From positions 1,434,072 to 1,498,071 of the forward strand of contig MU059884.1 in assembly GCA_013265495.1 (NCBI GenBank): 64,000 nt of DNA, written 5' to 3'. The position numbers and the translations under genes are program-made. This document shows, in pieces, positions 1 to 12,775 of the stretch. Source of the stretch: Vicugna vicugna. Lineage: Eukaryota. Numbering within the stretch: position 1 is the stretch's first letter; each line of letters opens with the position of its first letter. The notes below the pieces were generated by a model that was not told the DNA's origin, searched no databases, and was given only the letters and a program-made list of their open reading frames with translations.

Positions 1-2885
1 TTTTTCTCATCTATCCTAGACTGGGAGCTGAAGGAGCCTGTAACCCAGAAATACAAATGAGCACAGGCATTAAAAAACAAACCAAAAAAAGCCCCACTAA
101 AAACCTCTTCTGTCCAGCCAGGAACCAGAAAAGGATCACAAGGCAAAAGACTTTTAGACACAATACTCTTCTCCAGACAAACATCATAGAAAAAATCGTG
201 CCTACTCACAGTTAGGCCAGCAAAGGCAAAATGAGGAACCTAGACTTCCACCCTGGCCAGGCTGTAATGAGACTCCCCAGCCCTCCTGCTGGTGTGGTGT
301 CAAGGAAGACCAAGTAAGGGGCTGGGGTCTTCATCCCCTCTAAGTGGCAACAAGCCCTCCTGAGCAGCCTGAACTTCCACACTCACCTAGAATTATCAAG
401 CCACCCTGTCCCCTCCCCACTGGGGGTGGTATTAGAGGAGGCCTGAGGAGGTCAGGACTTCATCACTACCCAGAGGCAATAAGACCACCTCCCTTTACTG
501 GAGTGTCAGTGGAGGACACATAGTGAGCAGTAACAAGGCACTCCTGCCCCTCCTAGCCAGGGTGGTATCGGTGAAGGCCTGATGGGAAACCAGAACTCCC
601 ACCTCCACTCTAGTAATGAGGAATCCCTACCCGACTCGGGTGTTAACAGAGGCCAAGTAGGGAACCTGGATTTCTACCCACCCCACCCCACCCTGGCAGT
701 AACAGGGCAGCACCTCCCCGTTCCCCTGCCAGAGCAATGTCCAGAAACACCAGCCACAACAAAGATGTACGTGAGATCCAGGGTATCATAACAGAATAAC
801 CACAACATCCAGTTTCAATAGAAAAGAACTCTTTACAATAAGAACCAGGAAAATCTCAACATGAATGTAACAGAGACAATAGAGGCCAACACCAAAATGA
901 GAGAAACATTAGAATTATCTGACAAAGGTTTTCAAGCAGATATCAAACACACAATTCAACTTACAATTATGAACATACTTCAAACAAGTAAAAAGACAGA
1001 AGTTACATCAAAGAAGTGGAATGTTTCAGCAAATAAACAGAAGATATAAAAAAAGAAGGAAATGGAATTTTAGAACTGAAAAATATAGTAACTTAAAAAA
1101 AAAAACTCAATGTAGTTTTTGGATGAGCTCAACAGTGGAATGGAAGAACAAAGAGAAGAATCAGTAAATCTGAAGGCAGAATGGTAGAAGTAACCCAGTA
1201 TGAAAAACAGAGAGAAAATAGACAGAGTGAAAAAATCAACAGAGCCTCGAGGGCTTGTGGAACAAAAGATCCAACATTTTTGTCATCAGAGTCCAAGAAG
1301 TAGAGGAGAAAAGGGCAGGGCTGGAAAAGTATTCAAAGAGATAATGGCTGAAAACTTCCCAAATTTGGCAAAAGGCATAAATATCATATTCAAGAAGCTG
1401 AGTGGCAAGCCCCAAATAAGATAAAACCCAAAGAAATCCTTTTCAGGACAGATCATAGTCTAACTTCTGAAAACTAAAGGCAAATTTTAAAAAATTTAAA
1501 GCAGCTAAAGAGGAAAATTACCTTACCTATTAAAAGAAAAATAATTTACATTACAGTGGATTTCTCATCAGAAACTGTGGAGGCCAGAAGGGAGTGGCAC
1601 AACATTATTCAAGTGTGGAAAGAAAAGAACTGTCAACTCAAAAATCAAGCAGGGATTTTCTCCAGGATTGAATAAGAAATTAAGACATTCTCTGATGAAG
1701 GAAACTAAGAGAACTTGTCACTGGCAGATTTAATCAAAATTAATGGCGAAAAGAAGTTCTCTAAACAGAAAGAAAATGACAAAATAAGTCTTGGGACAGT
1801 AGGAAGGAAGGAAGAATACAGGAAGGGCAAAATTAGGGATACATACAGTGGTCCTCCTCTTCCATTTTCTAAATTATGTTTGATGGTTGAAGCGAAAATT
1901 GTAACATTATCTGATGTAGTCCTAAATGTATTTGGAGGAAATATGTAAAATTATATTATAAATAGGGGAGGGTAAAGGGACTTACAGGGAGACAAGTTGC
2001 TATGCTTCACTTGAACTGGGGAATGTCAATACCAGCAGACTGTGATAAGTTATGTATAAATAATGTAATATCTAGAGCAACCACTAAAAAGCTATCAAAG
2101 AGACATAGCAGAAAACATGACAGGTAAGTCAAAATGCAATTCTAAAAAAAACCTCAAGTAACCCACAGGAAGGCAGATAAAACAAAACAGAAACAAACAA
2201 ACAAAACAGAACAAACAGGAAAGAAGAAACAAATTGGTATACTTAAGGACAATGATACCAATAACTACAATAAATGTAAATAGTCTAAATATAGAAATTA
2301 AACAAGAAAGATTATCAGGGTGGATTTTAAAACGTGGCCTGACCATATGCTGTCTCACTTCAAATATAATCATATAGGTAGGCTGAAAGTGAAAAAGGAT
2401 GGGAGAGGATATGTCATGGAAACTTGAATCAAAAGAAAGCAGGTGGCTATATTAATATCTAATAAAGTAAATTTCAGCAAAGAAAATTATCACAGGCAGA
2501 AAAGGACATTACCTAATGATTTTTAAAATATCAATCCACAAGAAAGACATAGCAATCCTGAAAGGGTATGTACCAATCAATGGAGCTACAAAATGTGTGA
2601 AGCAAAATTACCAATAAACTTGAAAGAAGAACTAGACAAAATCCACAATTATAGTCGGAGACATCTGCACCCCTCTCTCAACAATCCATAGAACAAGTCG
2701 ACAGAATATCAACAATATAAAAGAACTCAACACCACCATCAACCAACGGAATTTAATCAACGTTTAGGGAACACTGAGCCCAGTGACAGCGACATACATC
2801 CTCAAGCATTCACGGAACATGTTCTAAGACTGGCCATATCTTGGACCATTAAGCAAACCTCAACAAATGTAAATGTAAAAGACAC
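1..2885 (+). mobile_element. Ancient LINE-1 5' portion (5' UTR, decayed ORF1, ORF2 endonuclease start), L1MC/L1MD-like
   Basis: ORF1-like KVFKEIMAENFPNLAK (~1325-1372); 2250-2875 resembles the APE endonuclease (ITINVNSLN, ICCL, AILIS, DHILDH) with stops and frameshifts. Confidence 0.9.
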
Positions 2886-2929
2886 TGAGTAGCTCACAAA
2901 TCTCCTGGAGGGTCAGAGAGTCAGACATG

Positions 2930-3210
2930 GAAGCTCTGTCACCAAGAACAACAAGGATACCACTCCAGCCTGACCACAAGCCTGCCTCTGCAGAGATGCC
3001 TCTGCCACCGCCATGTGACTGTGCCACATGCCGACACTACCAGGACCCCCTGCCGCCCCCCGAAACTGGATCCCTTGCAGTGCCACCTTCCTCGTATGAC
3101 TCTTTTCAAGATCAAAGTCTGCTTCGAGGGTGTCTCGCTAAAGGAGCCTAAGACACAACTCCCCATTCAACTGCAAAGGGCAGGGGCTGAGAAAGCAGGC
3201 ATCTAGCTCT
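2930..3210 (-). mobile_element. Ancient ERVL/MaLR LTR-like remnant
   Basis: ggagcctaagacaca...caactgcaaagggcaggggctgagaaagcaggcatctagc resembles old MLT1K/L-type sequence. Confidence 0.3.
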
Positions 3211-3954
3211 TGCACTGGGGAATTAAGACTCAGAATGCAGAAACAAACATAAGAAAGAAAGCCAAAAAAGCTAGATGTCACAAACACCGGAAGTGCCTGC
3301 CATGGAAGGGATGGCCCCGACGCCTCCCCCAGCAGCCGCACCGCGCCCTCTGCTCCTGGCCCAGGGTCTGGGTGCCTACACAATTGCCACAGGAAGGCCT
3401 GGGTTTTCCTGGAGGACTTTTTTGCAGCTTTCCTTGCACACACCCACAGATCCCGAGTCAATTTCTCACCCGTAAGAACTCTCGGGTGGAATAAGTCACC
3501 AGTAAAAATGAACTCATTGCAAATTTCACATTATCTCACCCACCAATCTTGCTTGAGTGCAATCTTATCTTCAGGTCAGGGTTGTTTTCCTCTGGACATG
3601 AATCAGGCTCAGACACAGGACCAGCCATCTGTCAGGAGGAGCTGGTAAGGGCGGAACACACGCATGTACATACACATTCACAGGTGACAGACCTGTTCCT
3701 GTCGGGCTGAGAGAGACAAGTGACTCCCAGACACTCAGCTCACCCTCTACCCCAGACCAACTGTACAAGATCCCCCCTGGTCCCAGATTAAGAAATCACA
3801 GACACAGAGTGTGGACAGGGAGAAAACAGCAACAGGATCGCTCCCCTCGCCACCCAAGTCATCCAAGTTCTCACCCATCCTGACGTCTTCTGGCTTCAGG
3901 ACGAAAGGAAAGATGAGTAAGGAGAGGAGTGGGAGGTGGCACAGACAGCAGTTA

Positions 3955-4155
3955 AGACCTTTGGTGTCAGGGTGACCTGCGCTCAAATCCTAGCTTGGCC
4001 ACTTCAGGCTCTGTGCCTTTAAGCAAATTAATCTCTGCACAGTTTATTCAACCGAAAAAACAGGATAATCAGGCCTTAAAATTGTTAAGAGGATTAAAAT
4101 GAGATGCTTTTTGTAGTGTTTGGTACACAGTACATGCTCAGTAAATCACTGCTGC
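3955..4155 (+). mobile_element. MIR SINE
   Basis: ctcaaatcctagcttggccactt...gaggattaaaatgag...acatgctcagtaaat. Confidence 0.75.
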
Positions 4156-4874
4156 TCATGTTATTACTAAGGCAGAGTTTTGGTTGTCATTGTTGTTTTT
4201 TAAGTAGAGACTACTGAGGGCAGAAAGAATGCTACTATATTTGCACCATCTTAAAAGTGAGGGGGCTGAATTAAAGAAAAGCCCAGAGTCTCCCTTCCCT
4301 GAGCCATAAGCCCTAGGTGCACAGCTGTAGATGACGCAGCACTGAGCCTCATGCTGGAATGCTGACCCACTGTGGCCATGCCCCCCCAGGGCTGGAGCTG
4401 GACGGCTGGCCTTGGTTGGCCAGAGACACCCAAGTGTTCACCACGCACCCAAGACAGGATTTGGGTCTGGTTCCTGGATCCAAGGTCTGGGGACACAGAG
4501 ACAACCTGCAGAGGAAACTGTGGCCAGAAACAAAGCAAGAAAGCACAGGAGGCCCACCTCTTGCAAAGGGAGCTCCGCACTCATTAAAGGAGGGCAGGGA
4601 AGGGGTTGGTGGGCCTGAGAGCCCAGCTGAGTGAGGGGGTTAAAGACCAAGCCCGTGGAAACCTACAGGCAGAAAAGAGTAAGAGCCCTTTCAAATCCAC
4701 TCTGAAACTCCACACACCAGAAACGACCGTGTCCTCAAAATGAAGTGCAGAGAGAATCATTCCCCGGTGAAGGTTCCCCTGTGGAACACTTCCTGTGGCA
4801 GTTGCCAGTCAGACGCCAGGTCATGAGGCACAAAGACCACAACATCTGCTTCTAGTAAGTTCTGCCAAGTAGCA

Positions 4875-5075
4875 TATGGGTCTGACTATACAGTTCAAAT
4901 CCCAGCTCCATGACAAGCTGTGAGACCTTAGGCAGGTTGCTGAACTGATCTGGGCCAGTTTCCCTCTGCAAAAACTGGCAGAGTAATAGCCAACCATACA
5001 GGGGTTAAATGAGAGAAGGTCTGGTAAATTCTTGCAACAGGGTCTGGGACATACCAAGCCCTTGAAACACAGTTA
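4875..5075 (+). mobile_element. MIR SINE
   Basis: gttcaaatcccagctcc...gctgtgagaccttaggcagg...cagtttccctctgcaaaa. Confidence 0.75.
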
Positions 5076-5269
5076 TTTATAAGTATTGTTGTTATTAATA
5101 TTAGTATCAGGGCCACACTCCTCCCAATGTGGGAGCCAAGGAAACAGCATAGGACCTAGGAAATAGGGACAAAATCCACAAGAAGTGAAAGAATGAACTG
5201 AAAACACATAGGTGACCTCATTTCCCAGGACATATTCAGGAAGATCCCAGCAAAAGCAAAAGGGCAGAC

Positions 5270-5480
5270 GCCTCTCAGGCCAGACAGACCTCAGTTCAAA
5301 GCCTGGCTTCAACACTTACTCTGTGACATTGGGCATGTTGCTTAACTTCTCTGAACTTCTGAATTCTCTTCCCCAAAATAGGGATAAAGATTCCTAATAC
5401 CTCCCTTGCAGATTTATTCCTGGGGATTAAGTAACGCACAAATGTACCCAAAGAGATTTTGCACAGTGCCTAGCGCAGAG
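5270..5480 (+). mobile_element. MIR SINE
   Basis: gttcaaagcctggcttcaacacttactctgtgacattgggcatgttgcttaacttctctg. Confidence 0.8.
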
Positions 5481-6623
5481 CTGGTCCTAGCAAAAATTGG
5501 TCCCTGCTCCAGGTGTGAAATTCTGCAGCTTTTGGCTTAACTCTCATGGCTATGAATACAACCTCCAAAGTAAAGAGAAAAGTCTTCCCCACTTCCCATG
5601 CCATCTTTTCTCTCCTCCCGTCTGAATTCTAAGCAACATCTGGTAAAACGGTAATAGCTAACCCACTATTGGCCTCTCACTGTGGGAGACCTGAGTTCAA
5701 AGTCCAGCTCATTTGATGGCTGTGTGACCCTGGACACGCTTCTTCTCTTCTCTGGGCTTTGGTAGTCTCATTTAGTTCTACAGGTTCAATTACTTATTAT
5801 ACATAAAAGGGCCTTAACCTAGCACTTGGCACATTTGTGCAGGTGCCCCACATTTTATATACATCATGTCAGGTAATCCTATATCGCCAGTGTTTCAGCC
5901 TGAAACTGAGGCTCAGAGAGGTTACACCACTAAACCAAAGTCACAGAGCTACCTTTCCCGGTGTAAATGGTGGTCTCCAGACACAGCCACACAGAGAAAA
6001 GGGTTTGGCTGCCCCCATGGAGCGCACCCCCAGGAGACTCCAAAGCGGGCTTGGAGCCCTGAAGCCAGCTCTCTCCCTGCCGGCGTCAAAGCAGCTCCTG
6101 GCTCTCAGGGAGCCCCAACACACAGTGTGGGCCCCCGTTTCTCCAGGCGTCAGCGAACATGGTTCATGTTCAGAAGCCGGGTGCGTGCCAGTTTCACAAG
6201 GAGGTTGCTGGCAGGCCCCGCGGTCTCTGTTACTAGAGACTCAGCTGCCGGTAAAAGAAGCCCATTGTGCGCCCTCTGAATGAAGAATACCCCATTTAGA
6301 GAAAGAATCCAACTGGCTTCTCACAGAGAAAGAAGACAGGCCCAGTGAAAAGAGAGAACAATGCTGATCATTCACCAGATTTTTACTTAACATCAAAGCC
6401 AGGTGACCAACCAGGTGAAGGGCCACACAGCACGGAGCAGGCAGTGGGGAGAGAGCAGTGGCTGAGGAGTGGGGACACAGAGCTCCAGGCCCAGCTCCCT
6501 CACCGAGCACCTTGGCCAACTTAACTCCCAGCTCCTCCAAATGAATCTATGGGAGTGTGTTGGCTCAAAGCTCTGCCACATTGGTTCCGTGATGAGACTT
6601 GAGCGCACAAGACTGTCTGCGCT

Positions 6624-6805
6624 CAGCTCATTTTCAGATGTGGCTGCACACTGTAGTCACCTGGAGAGAGTTTATAAAAATACCGATGCTTGGACCCACA
6701 GCCAGAGATTCTGATTTCGTTGGTACAGGGCACGGCCCGGGCATTGGAAATTTTTCAGAGCTCCCCAGGGTGATTTTAAGGTACAGCCAAGACTGAGAAC
6801 CAGTG
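6624..6805. mobile_element. MER5A-like hAT-Charlie DNA transposon
   Basis: ggctgcacac...cacctggagagagtttataaaaataccgatgc...gagctccccagggtgatttt...gagaaccagtg follows the MER5A pattern. Confidence 0.85.
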
Positions 6806-7374
6806 AGCCCCAGGGGCAGAAACTGTTCTGTCCATAGCTGTATCCGGAGCTGAGCACAGGGCCTCTGTACACCTGGTGCCCAGTAAATGCCTGCAGGATG
6901 AATGGGCGCAAGGGCTGCTCCAAGACATTCGAAAGAAGCCACCCAACCCTTGCTTCAATGAGGCAGCTCTGTGTTTACCACTCTATCTATTGGGATTTGG
7001 CACAAGGTTTCATTTTTTAAAAAAAAAGGCTGTCTGCTTGAAACACTTAAAAAAGAAACCAAAAACCACTGGATTCTTTCCAACTCCAAAGCACACCTAT
7101 TTCAAGGCCATAAATCCCTTTACGCCCTCTGAGAGCAGTAATGTTTTTCAGATAAATTATCAGGGCAGGCAAGTCCTGGGAAGGGTCCCTCTGAAGGCTG
7201 TTCTGAATCCCATCTGCTAAAGCCAAGGGCTTAGCTCGCACTGGCAGCCCCTCTTCTCGTGTGGAGCCCTCCTTGGCCTGACCCCGTGGCCCACGCTCCC
7301 CAGCATTCCATCCCCTGTTCTTCTCTCCCTTCACGCTCCTTCCCTGCATGGACCCAACCACTCCCAAGGTTCTA

Positions 7375-8095
7375 AGTCTCATGTATAAGTTGGTGACTAC
7401 AAATCGAGATCTCTAGCCCTGCCCTGCTGTTCGGAGCATCAGACTTCTGGCCACTGAGTATCTCCCCCTCAACTTCCCTCAGGCACTTCAAATCCAGTCT
7501 GCCCCAGAAATGAACTTACTACCTTCCCCACCCAAACCTGCTCCTCCTCCGGTCTTCCCTATCATGATGAACACCATCACATCCACCCGGTTGCCCAAAC
7601 CAGGAAACTGGAACCATCTTCGACCTCTCCCTCTCCCTCTCCCTCACCCTCTCCCTTGCCATGATCACACCCCACCCCGTGAGTTTTATCTGTAAAACAG
7701 CCACTGACCTCACCTTTCTCTGCTCCTTCTCATTTCTTTATCCTCCGCAGGACTCCCAGAGTATCCTTCTAAAAGATATCCAGACCCAAAGATATCACTA
7801 GGAATAAGGTTCTGGTTCCTTAGCAAGGCAGACAAGATAGGGAGTCCACACCATGGTGCCCCACATCCCCAGTGTTGTTCCCTGTCACCTCCCTCCCCCT
7901 CTTACATCCTGACCACTCGGGCTGACCCGAGACACTACTTCATGGTAACACATTTGCCGTGTTTTGTGCCTCTCCTGTACGTCACGAGGCCTGAACTTGT
8001 GATCTTTCACCCTTCCTTGCCTTGCTCTCCCAACTGAAATACCCTGCCCCCTCGACATGGCAAACACCTACTATTCTTCAAGGCTCAGAAAGAAC
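7375..8095 (+). mobile_element. L2 LINE fragment
   Basis: caggcacttcaaatccagtctgccccagaaatgaac...cccaaacctgctcctcctccggtcttccctatc. Confidence 0.8.
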
Positions 8096-8169
8096 CAGCT
8101 TTCAGAGCTTTGCCTCATCCTTTGCAAGGCATGCCTGATCAAGTGGCTTCTTAAATACAAGACAGCAAA

Positions 8170-8360
8170 TACTTGGGTAGATTTGTTATGTGCTGAACAG
8201 TTTTCTAAGCACCTTACATATTTTAACTAATTTAACTTTCACAATAGCCCAGTGAGACAGGGACTATAATTATCCCCATTTTACAAAAAAACTAAACTGA
8301 GTTATGGAGAGGTGAAGCTCAGGAACTGGGACTTGAGCCCAGAAGATGCTCTTAATCACT
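8170..8360 (-). mobile_element. MIR SINE
   Basis: attatccccattttacaaaaaaactaaactgag...gggacttgagccc. Confidence 0.75.
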
Positions 8361-9249
8361 GGCTCCTAAGAATGTGTATCTGGATACACATTTTACTTGC
8401 CGTAGGAAAACTCTGGCCACGTTTTTTTCAGCTGATGACTCTTCTTCAAATCAAATCCTGCACTTACACCCAGCCTGTAGCACAGAAAAGAGGGGCTGAA
8501 GATGGTCTGTGGAGAGTATAGCTCTCACACTCCCCAGTCCTAGCATCAACATTCGAGAGAATGCTGAAGTCCCTCAGGGCTACAAAGAGAAGAGTTTGAA
8601 AAGCAGTGTCCTAAGACATCTTTTCCATTCTGTTGTTTATTGGCAAGATGCCCTCCATATCCAAAAGTACTTATGAGATGATGGGACGGTCTCCAGACCA
8701 GCAACGCAGTTTGTGTGTGAAAACATTCAAGGGACATCTTCACAAAGAGTCGCATGCCATTTCCACATGGCCGAAGCCTATTCCACTAAAAACCCAATCA
8801 CTGGGTTTCAAAGCTTTCTTTCCTTAAGTAGAGTGTGCAAAGTATAATTTAACTTTTCAGTAACTCAGATCATTCCCTTCCAATGTCAGTCGTTGGACAG
8901 TGTAGGAATATTCTGTGTGACTGAAAGCTGTTTGCCCACACTCCCAGCAAGTGCATCCATGAGCACCCAATTGCGTGTTTTGGACTTCTTCAGTTCCACC
9001 ATCAGCGGGTCAGGTGTCATTTCTGCTTTCACATTCTTATCTCTAACAGTTTCTTCCCCACCCTTTCTAATCTGGTCCTTCTAACAGCTATGGATTTTCT
9101 AAAAATCAAACTTGTTATAATCATGCCCAAGGTAGGAACATATATCTGGAAAGAAATAGAAGCAGAGAGGCTCTCCTCTTAGTAAGATGAATGATCTTTA
9201 GTACAACGACTTTGCTACTTTTCTGGTAAGTTCTTAGGAGATCTCTTCC

Positions 9250-9520
9250 CGTCCTCTTCTTTCGTTTAATATATACTAAGCACACCTTATGTACAAAAAG
9301 ACTGGGCTGGATGCTGAGGACAAAAAGATGGCTGAAGCACAATCCACTTTACTCTGCCTTGGGGGGTGGCTGGAAGTCTTCTCAGAGGAGGTGGCATGTA
9401 AGCCAATTCCTGAAACATCTATTATTAAGAGCTCAACCTATCTCACCATCAACAGAGACAAAGAAAATAGACTGGGGAAAGGGCAGGCCAATCAAATGCA
9501 AAGGCAAGGAAGGATAAGAA
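9250..9520 (-). mobile_element. L2 3' fragment
   Basis: ctaagcacaccttatgtac...ggatgctgaggac...ggaagtcttctcagaggaggtggca. Confidence 0.6.
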
Positions 9521-9769
9521 AGTCCAGTGAGTCTTGGAGCCCCAGATAGTTCAGTCAGTCTGAAGCACGCGTGTATTTGTAGAAAGGAAGAGGAATGGCA
9601 GCTGAATGAAAAAAGAAATCTTGGCGAGTAAATTGCTCATATATTTTAAATGCTTGAAGGAAAGATAATGCAAACTTTTCAAGGAAGATTAATAATTGAC
9701 TTTATCACACCCACCTGTATTCAATGAGCCAAGTTAATCTGCTGCAGGGGAAAAAAAGAAATACTGAAT

Positions 9770-9975
9770 AACGTTAAGCAACTCCCACTTGCCAGACACT
9801 GCTGTAGTATTTCACATGTATAATCTCATTGAATTGTCCCAACAACCCTATGAGGTGGGAATGAATATCGCATTTACAGAAGAGGAAACAGAGCAAGGAA
9901 AGGTTATGTAACTTCCAAGGACCTAGAGTAAGAAAGCATAGTCTGACTGCACAGATGAAGGCCTTGGAGTTGAAA
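9770..9975 (-). mobile_element. MIR SINE
   Basis: caacaaccctatgaggtggg...tttacagaagaggaaacagag...gttatgtaacttccaagg. Confidence 0.8.
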
Positions 9976-11467
9976 CAGGTGAGCTGATGAGGTGCAGGAC
10001 TGAGAGTCTGAGGAAAGGAAGGAGATGGGAGGAGAGGAGGAGCTAGAGCATGAGTGGGGAGGGGGAGTGGGGGGAGGAGTGCAGGGGTGGACACGGAGGA
10101 GGAGAGAAGGAGTCATGGTGGTAGTTCCCCGTGGGAGACCCTCTGAAATAAGTTCTAGGGCTGGAGGCCCCACTGTTCAGAAGACCCTTTGTCCCAAGCC
10201 ATGGGAGAGTGGATGGAGCCCAGGCTTCCCATGGGTGGAGCCCATGGGCATCAGCCATGCGGGTGAGGGAGGAGGTGACCAGCAGCCACAGCACTGGGCA
10301 CGGGACAAGCCTTCCACCTCCACAACCCAGAGACGGTTAATGCAGACAGGACCAAAGGACTTTGGGCTGGGAGAGTCCTGGAGAGCAGCCAATGCAGACC
10401 CCTCATTTTATAGCTGATGAAACTGAGGGAGGCTAGGTGATGTGCCCATGGGTACTCAACACTAGCATGTGCCTTTTTTCTCTTTGCCTGCAATGACTAT
10501 CTGATAGAAGATGAGGCAGGACTTAAAATCTGGGTCTCCTGATCTCCTGGAATCCAAATGTTCACCATGATCCCTTCCCTCCTCCAGGGTCAAGTGCTCA
10601 GCCAAGGTCTGGAGAACTAGAAGTCCAGGGAAGTCACCTGAAGAAAGGGCTAGGGCTTCAAGGGCAGGAGCAGAGGGAGGTAGAAGACACTGTTGACACA
10701 GTAAACCTTGGCCAGCTTCCTGAGGACAGGCATTTGTCTGTGAGTTACGTCCATGAAATACAGGATGAACCCCAATGTTCTGTCTCCATATTTTCTTAAA
10801 TAATATGCCTTGTCACTGACTGAGCAAAGGGAAGAGAGAGACTTCTGGAAAAAATGAGCGGTGAAAGGCTGGAAGCCAAAGAAGACCCTTTTGTCAAGAA
10901 ACTACACAATATTTGGTCAATGAGTGAATAGCTACCAGGGTGTCCTGAAACACGTTCTTTGTGCTGCACTCTACACAGCCACTCTGCTGATAATTCAAAA
11001 GTATATTCTAGCATTGGCTTGCTAGCGGTTAAAATTTGTTTGACAAATAGACACTGTCTCCTACTGTCCCCTGCTTCCCCTCATATTCCAGGGAGCCCCT
11101 GGACTGCTCCACAAGACAGCAACTAAAGGTCACTGTTCCAGCAAGGGGGCCACCAGACTCTCCAGGACAAGTTCTGATTGGCCAGAACTTGTGTGACTAC
11201 TCTTTGTTAAATATTTGAATATCACCCTTACTTACAAAAAACTCTACAGTTCAGTTTGACTAAGTTATGGGAAATTAATGCTGTACTATATACTCTTTCT
11301 ATCAGATATCTTCTGAGAATCCACTAAAGGTCAAATCCTGTCCAAACACAGACTAAAACAGACCTGGGTCTGTGCAGGTTTCATGGAGCTTTTAGTCTAG
11401 TGGGGAAGGTTCGACTCTCAACTTCACACCATCATCAAACAAGATGTCCTACGTGCTTCATTAATCT

Positions 11468-11645
11468 GGTGGTTCTCAACGGGAGATGGTACAGTCCCCC
11501 TATGGGGCTTTTAGAAATGGGGGGAGGTATTTTCTGTTGTTGTGATAACTGGAGGGTGTGACAGGATTTTAGCAGGAATACAAAGGACAATCCTGCAAAA
11601 AGAATGATTGTTCTACCCCAAAAGCACCAAGATTTGAGAGAGAAG
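11468..11645. mobile_element. MER20/MER20B-like hAT element
   Basis: tggttctcaacggg...ccccctatgggg...ttttctgttgttgtgataactggagg...aagaatgattgttctacccc. Confidence 0.7.
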
Positions 11646-12544
11646 GAATTATAAACAATCAACATTGAATCCCTGTCAGACAAAATGGTCTGCATGTTGA
11701 ACCACAGCCAGCCAGAGTTTTATATGATGCTTATTATTGAATAATTGGGCATAATATAGAGGGGTGAAAAGAATTTAAGGGCGAAGTTCTGGCTACAGAC
11801 TCCTACTCTATAGTAAAACAAGGTGTTGCACATAACCAGTGCTCCTCCACCCCATCAACCATGGAGCTCCATATTCTGAATAAGTACCTGCAGGACCAAA
11901 TGGAAAAAAGCTGTTTACTGAAAACTATACTACCACCAGCCAAAGACTGTATTTTGAATACTGAATTTCAGGCTAGTACACAAAGAGTTAAGTCTCTTGA
12001 TTGTCCCTGTTTTTTTTTAATGGGCACTGTACCTCCTAATCCTTGTGGTTTCATTCCTTACCAGCCAGAAAGCATTGTCTGAACCCACACACTTCTCTCT
12101 TAAGCTTTCCTTACAGTCCCTCTGTTGCAGAAACAGGAGTGTTAGTTTCACCCGCGGCATTCCTCTAAAGGAAAGCAAAGATCTCTTGTCCCTGACCGCA
12201 AGGCTGGGAGCTGGCAAAATAAATTCTAGTGAAGAAATCAGTAGTCTAGAATGCTAATCCATCGTTCAGCCAAAACTGCAAAGTATCTTCCCAGCCTCAC
12301 TCCTGATTCCCACAACACGACCGTGGGAGCTGTTAGCTTGTAGATCGTGACACATCGGAGACAGGTAGTGAGTATCTGTTGAGTGAATGAATAAAATGAT
12401 GGAAAAAACAGACTACGGGTCACAGCAAGACCTGGACACAGTTCAAGTCACCAAAGAAGTCAATTCCACGTGGGGCTCAGAGGCTGGAATCTAACACTCT
12501 GACCTGTCTCCTATTAGATATTGAATAGATTTTTATTGATTACT

Positions 12545-12775
12545 GATAGTAATAACAGCTAACTTACGTGCCAAGCGCTGTACTAAATGCTGTACCTGGA
12601 TCCTTTTATTTAAAATTCACAGCAATGCTGAACAGTGGGACTCATCGTTACCTCCATTGTCAGACAAGGAGAGTGAGGTAATGAGAGGTTAAGCTACATG
12701 CCCAAGATCACAGAGCTAGAAAGGGATGAGCAGGTTACCAATCCTGGTGTCTTGTCCTGAGAGTTCAGCCACCCC
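12545..12775 (-). mobile_element. MIR SINE
   Basis: gtgccaagcgctgtactaaatgc...gagaggttaagctacatgcccaagatcacagagcta. Confidence 0.8.

Noticed and set aside
10056-10087. G-quadruplex-competent G-runs
   Set aside because: Intergenic purine-rich low-complexity DNA with no linked feature
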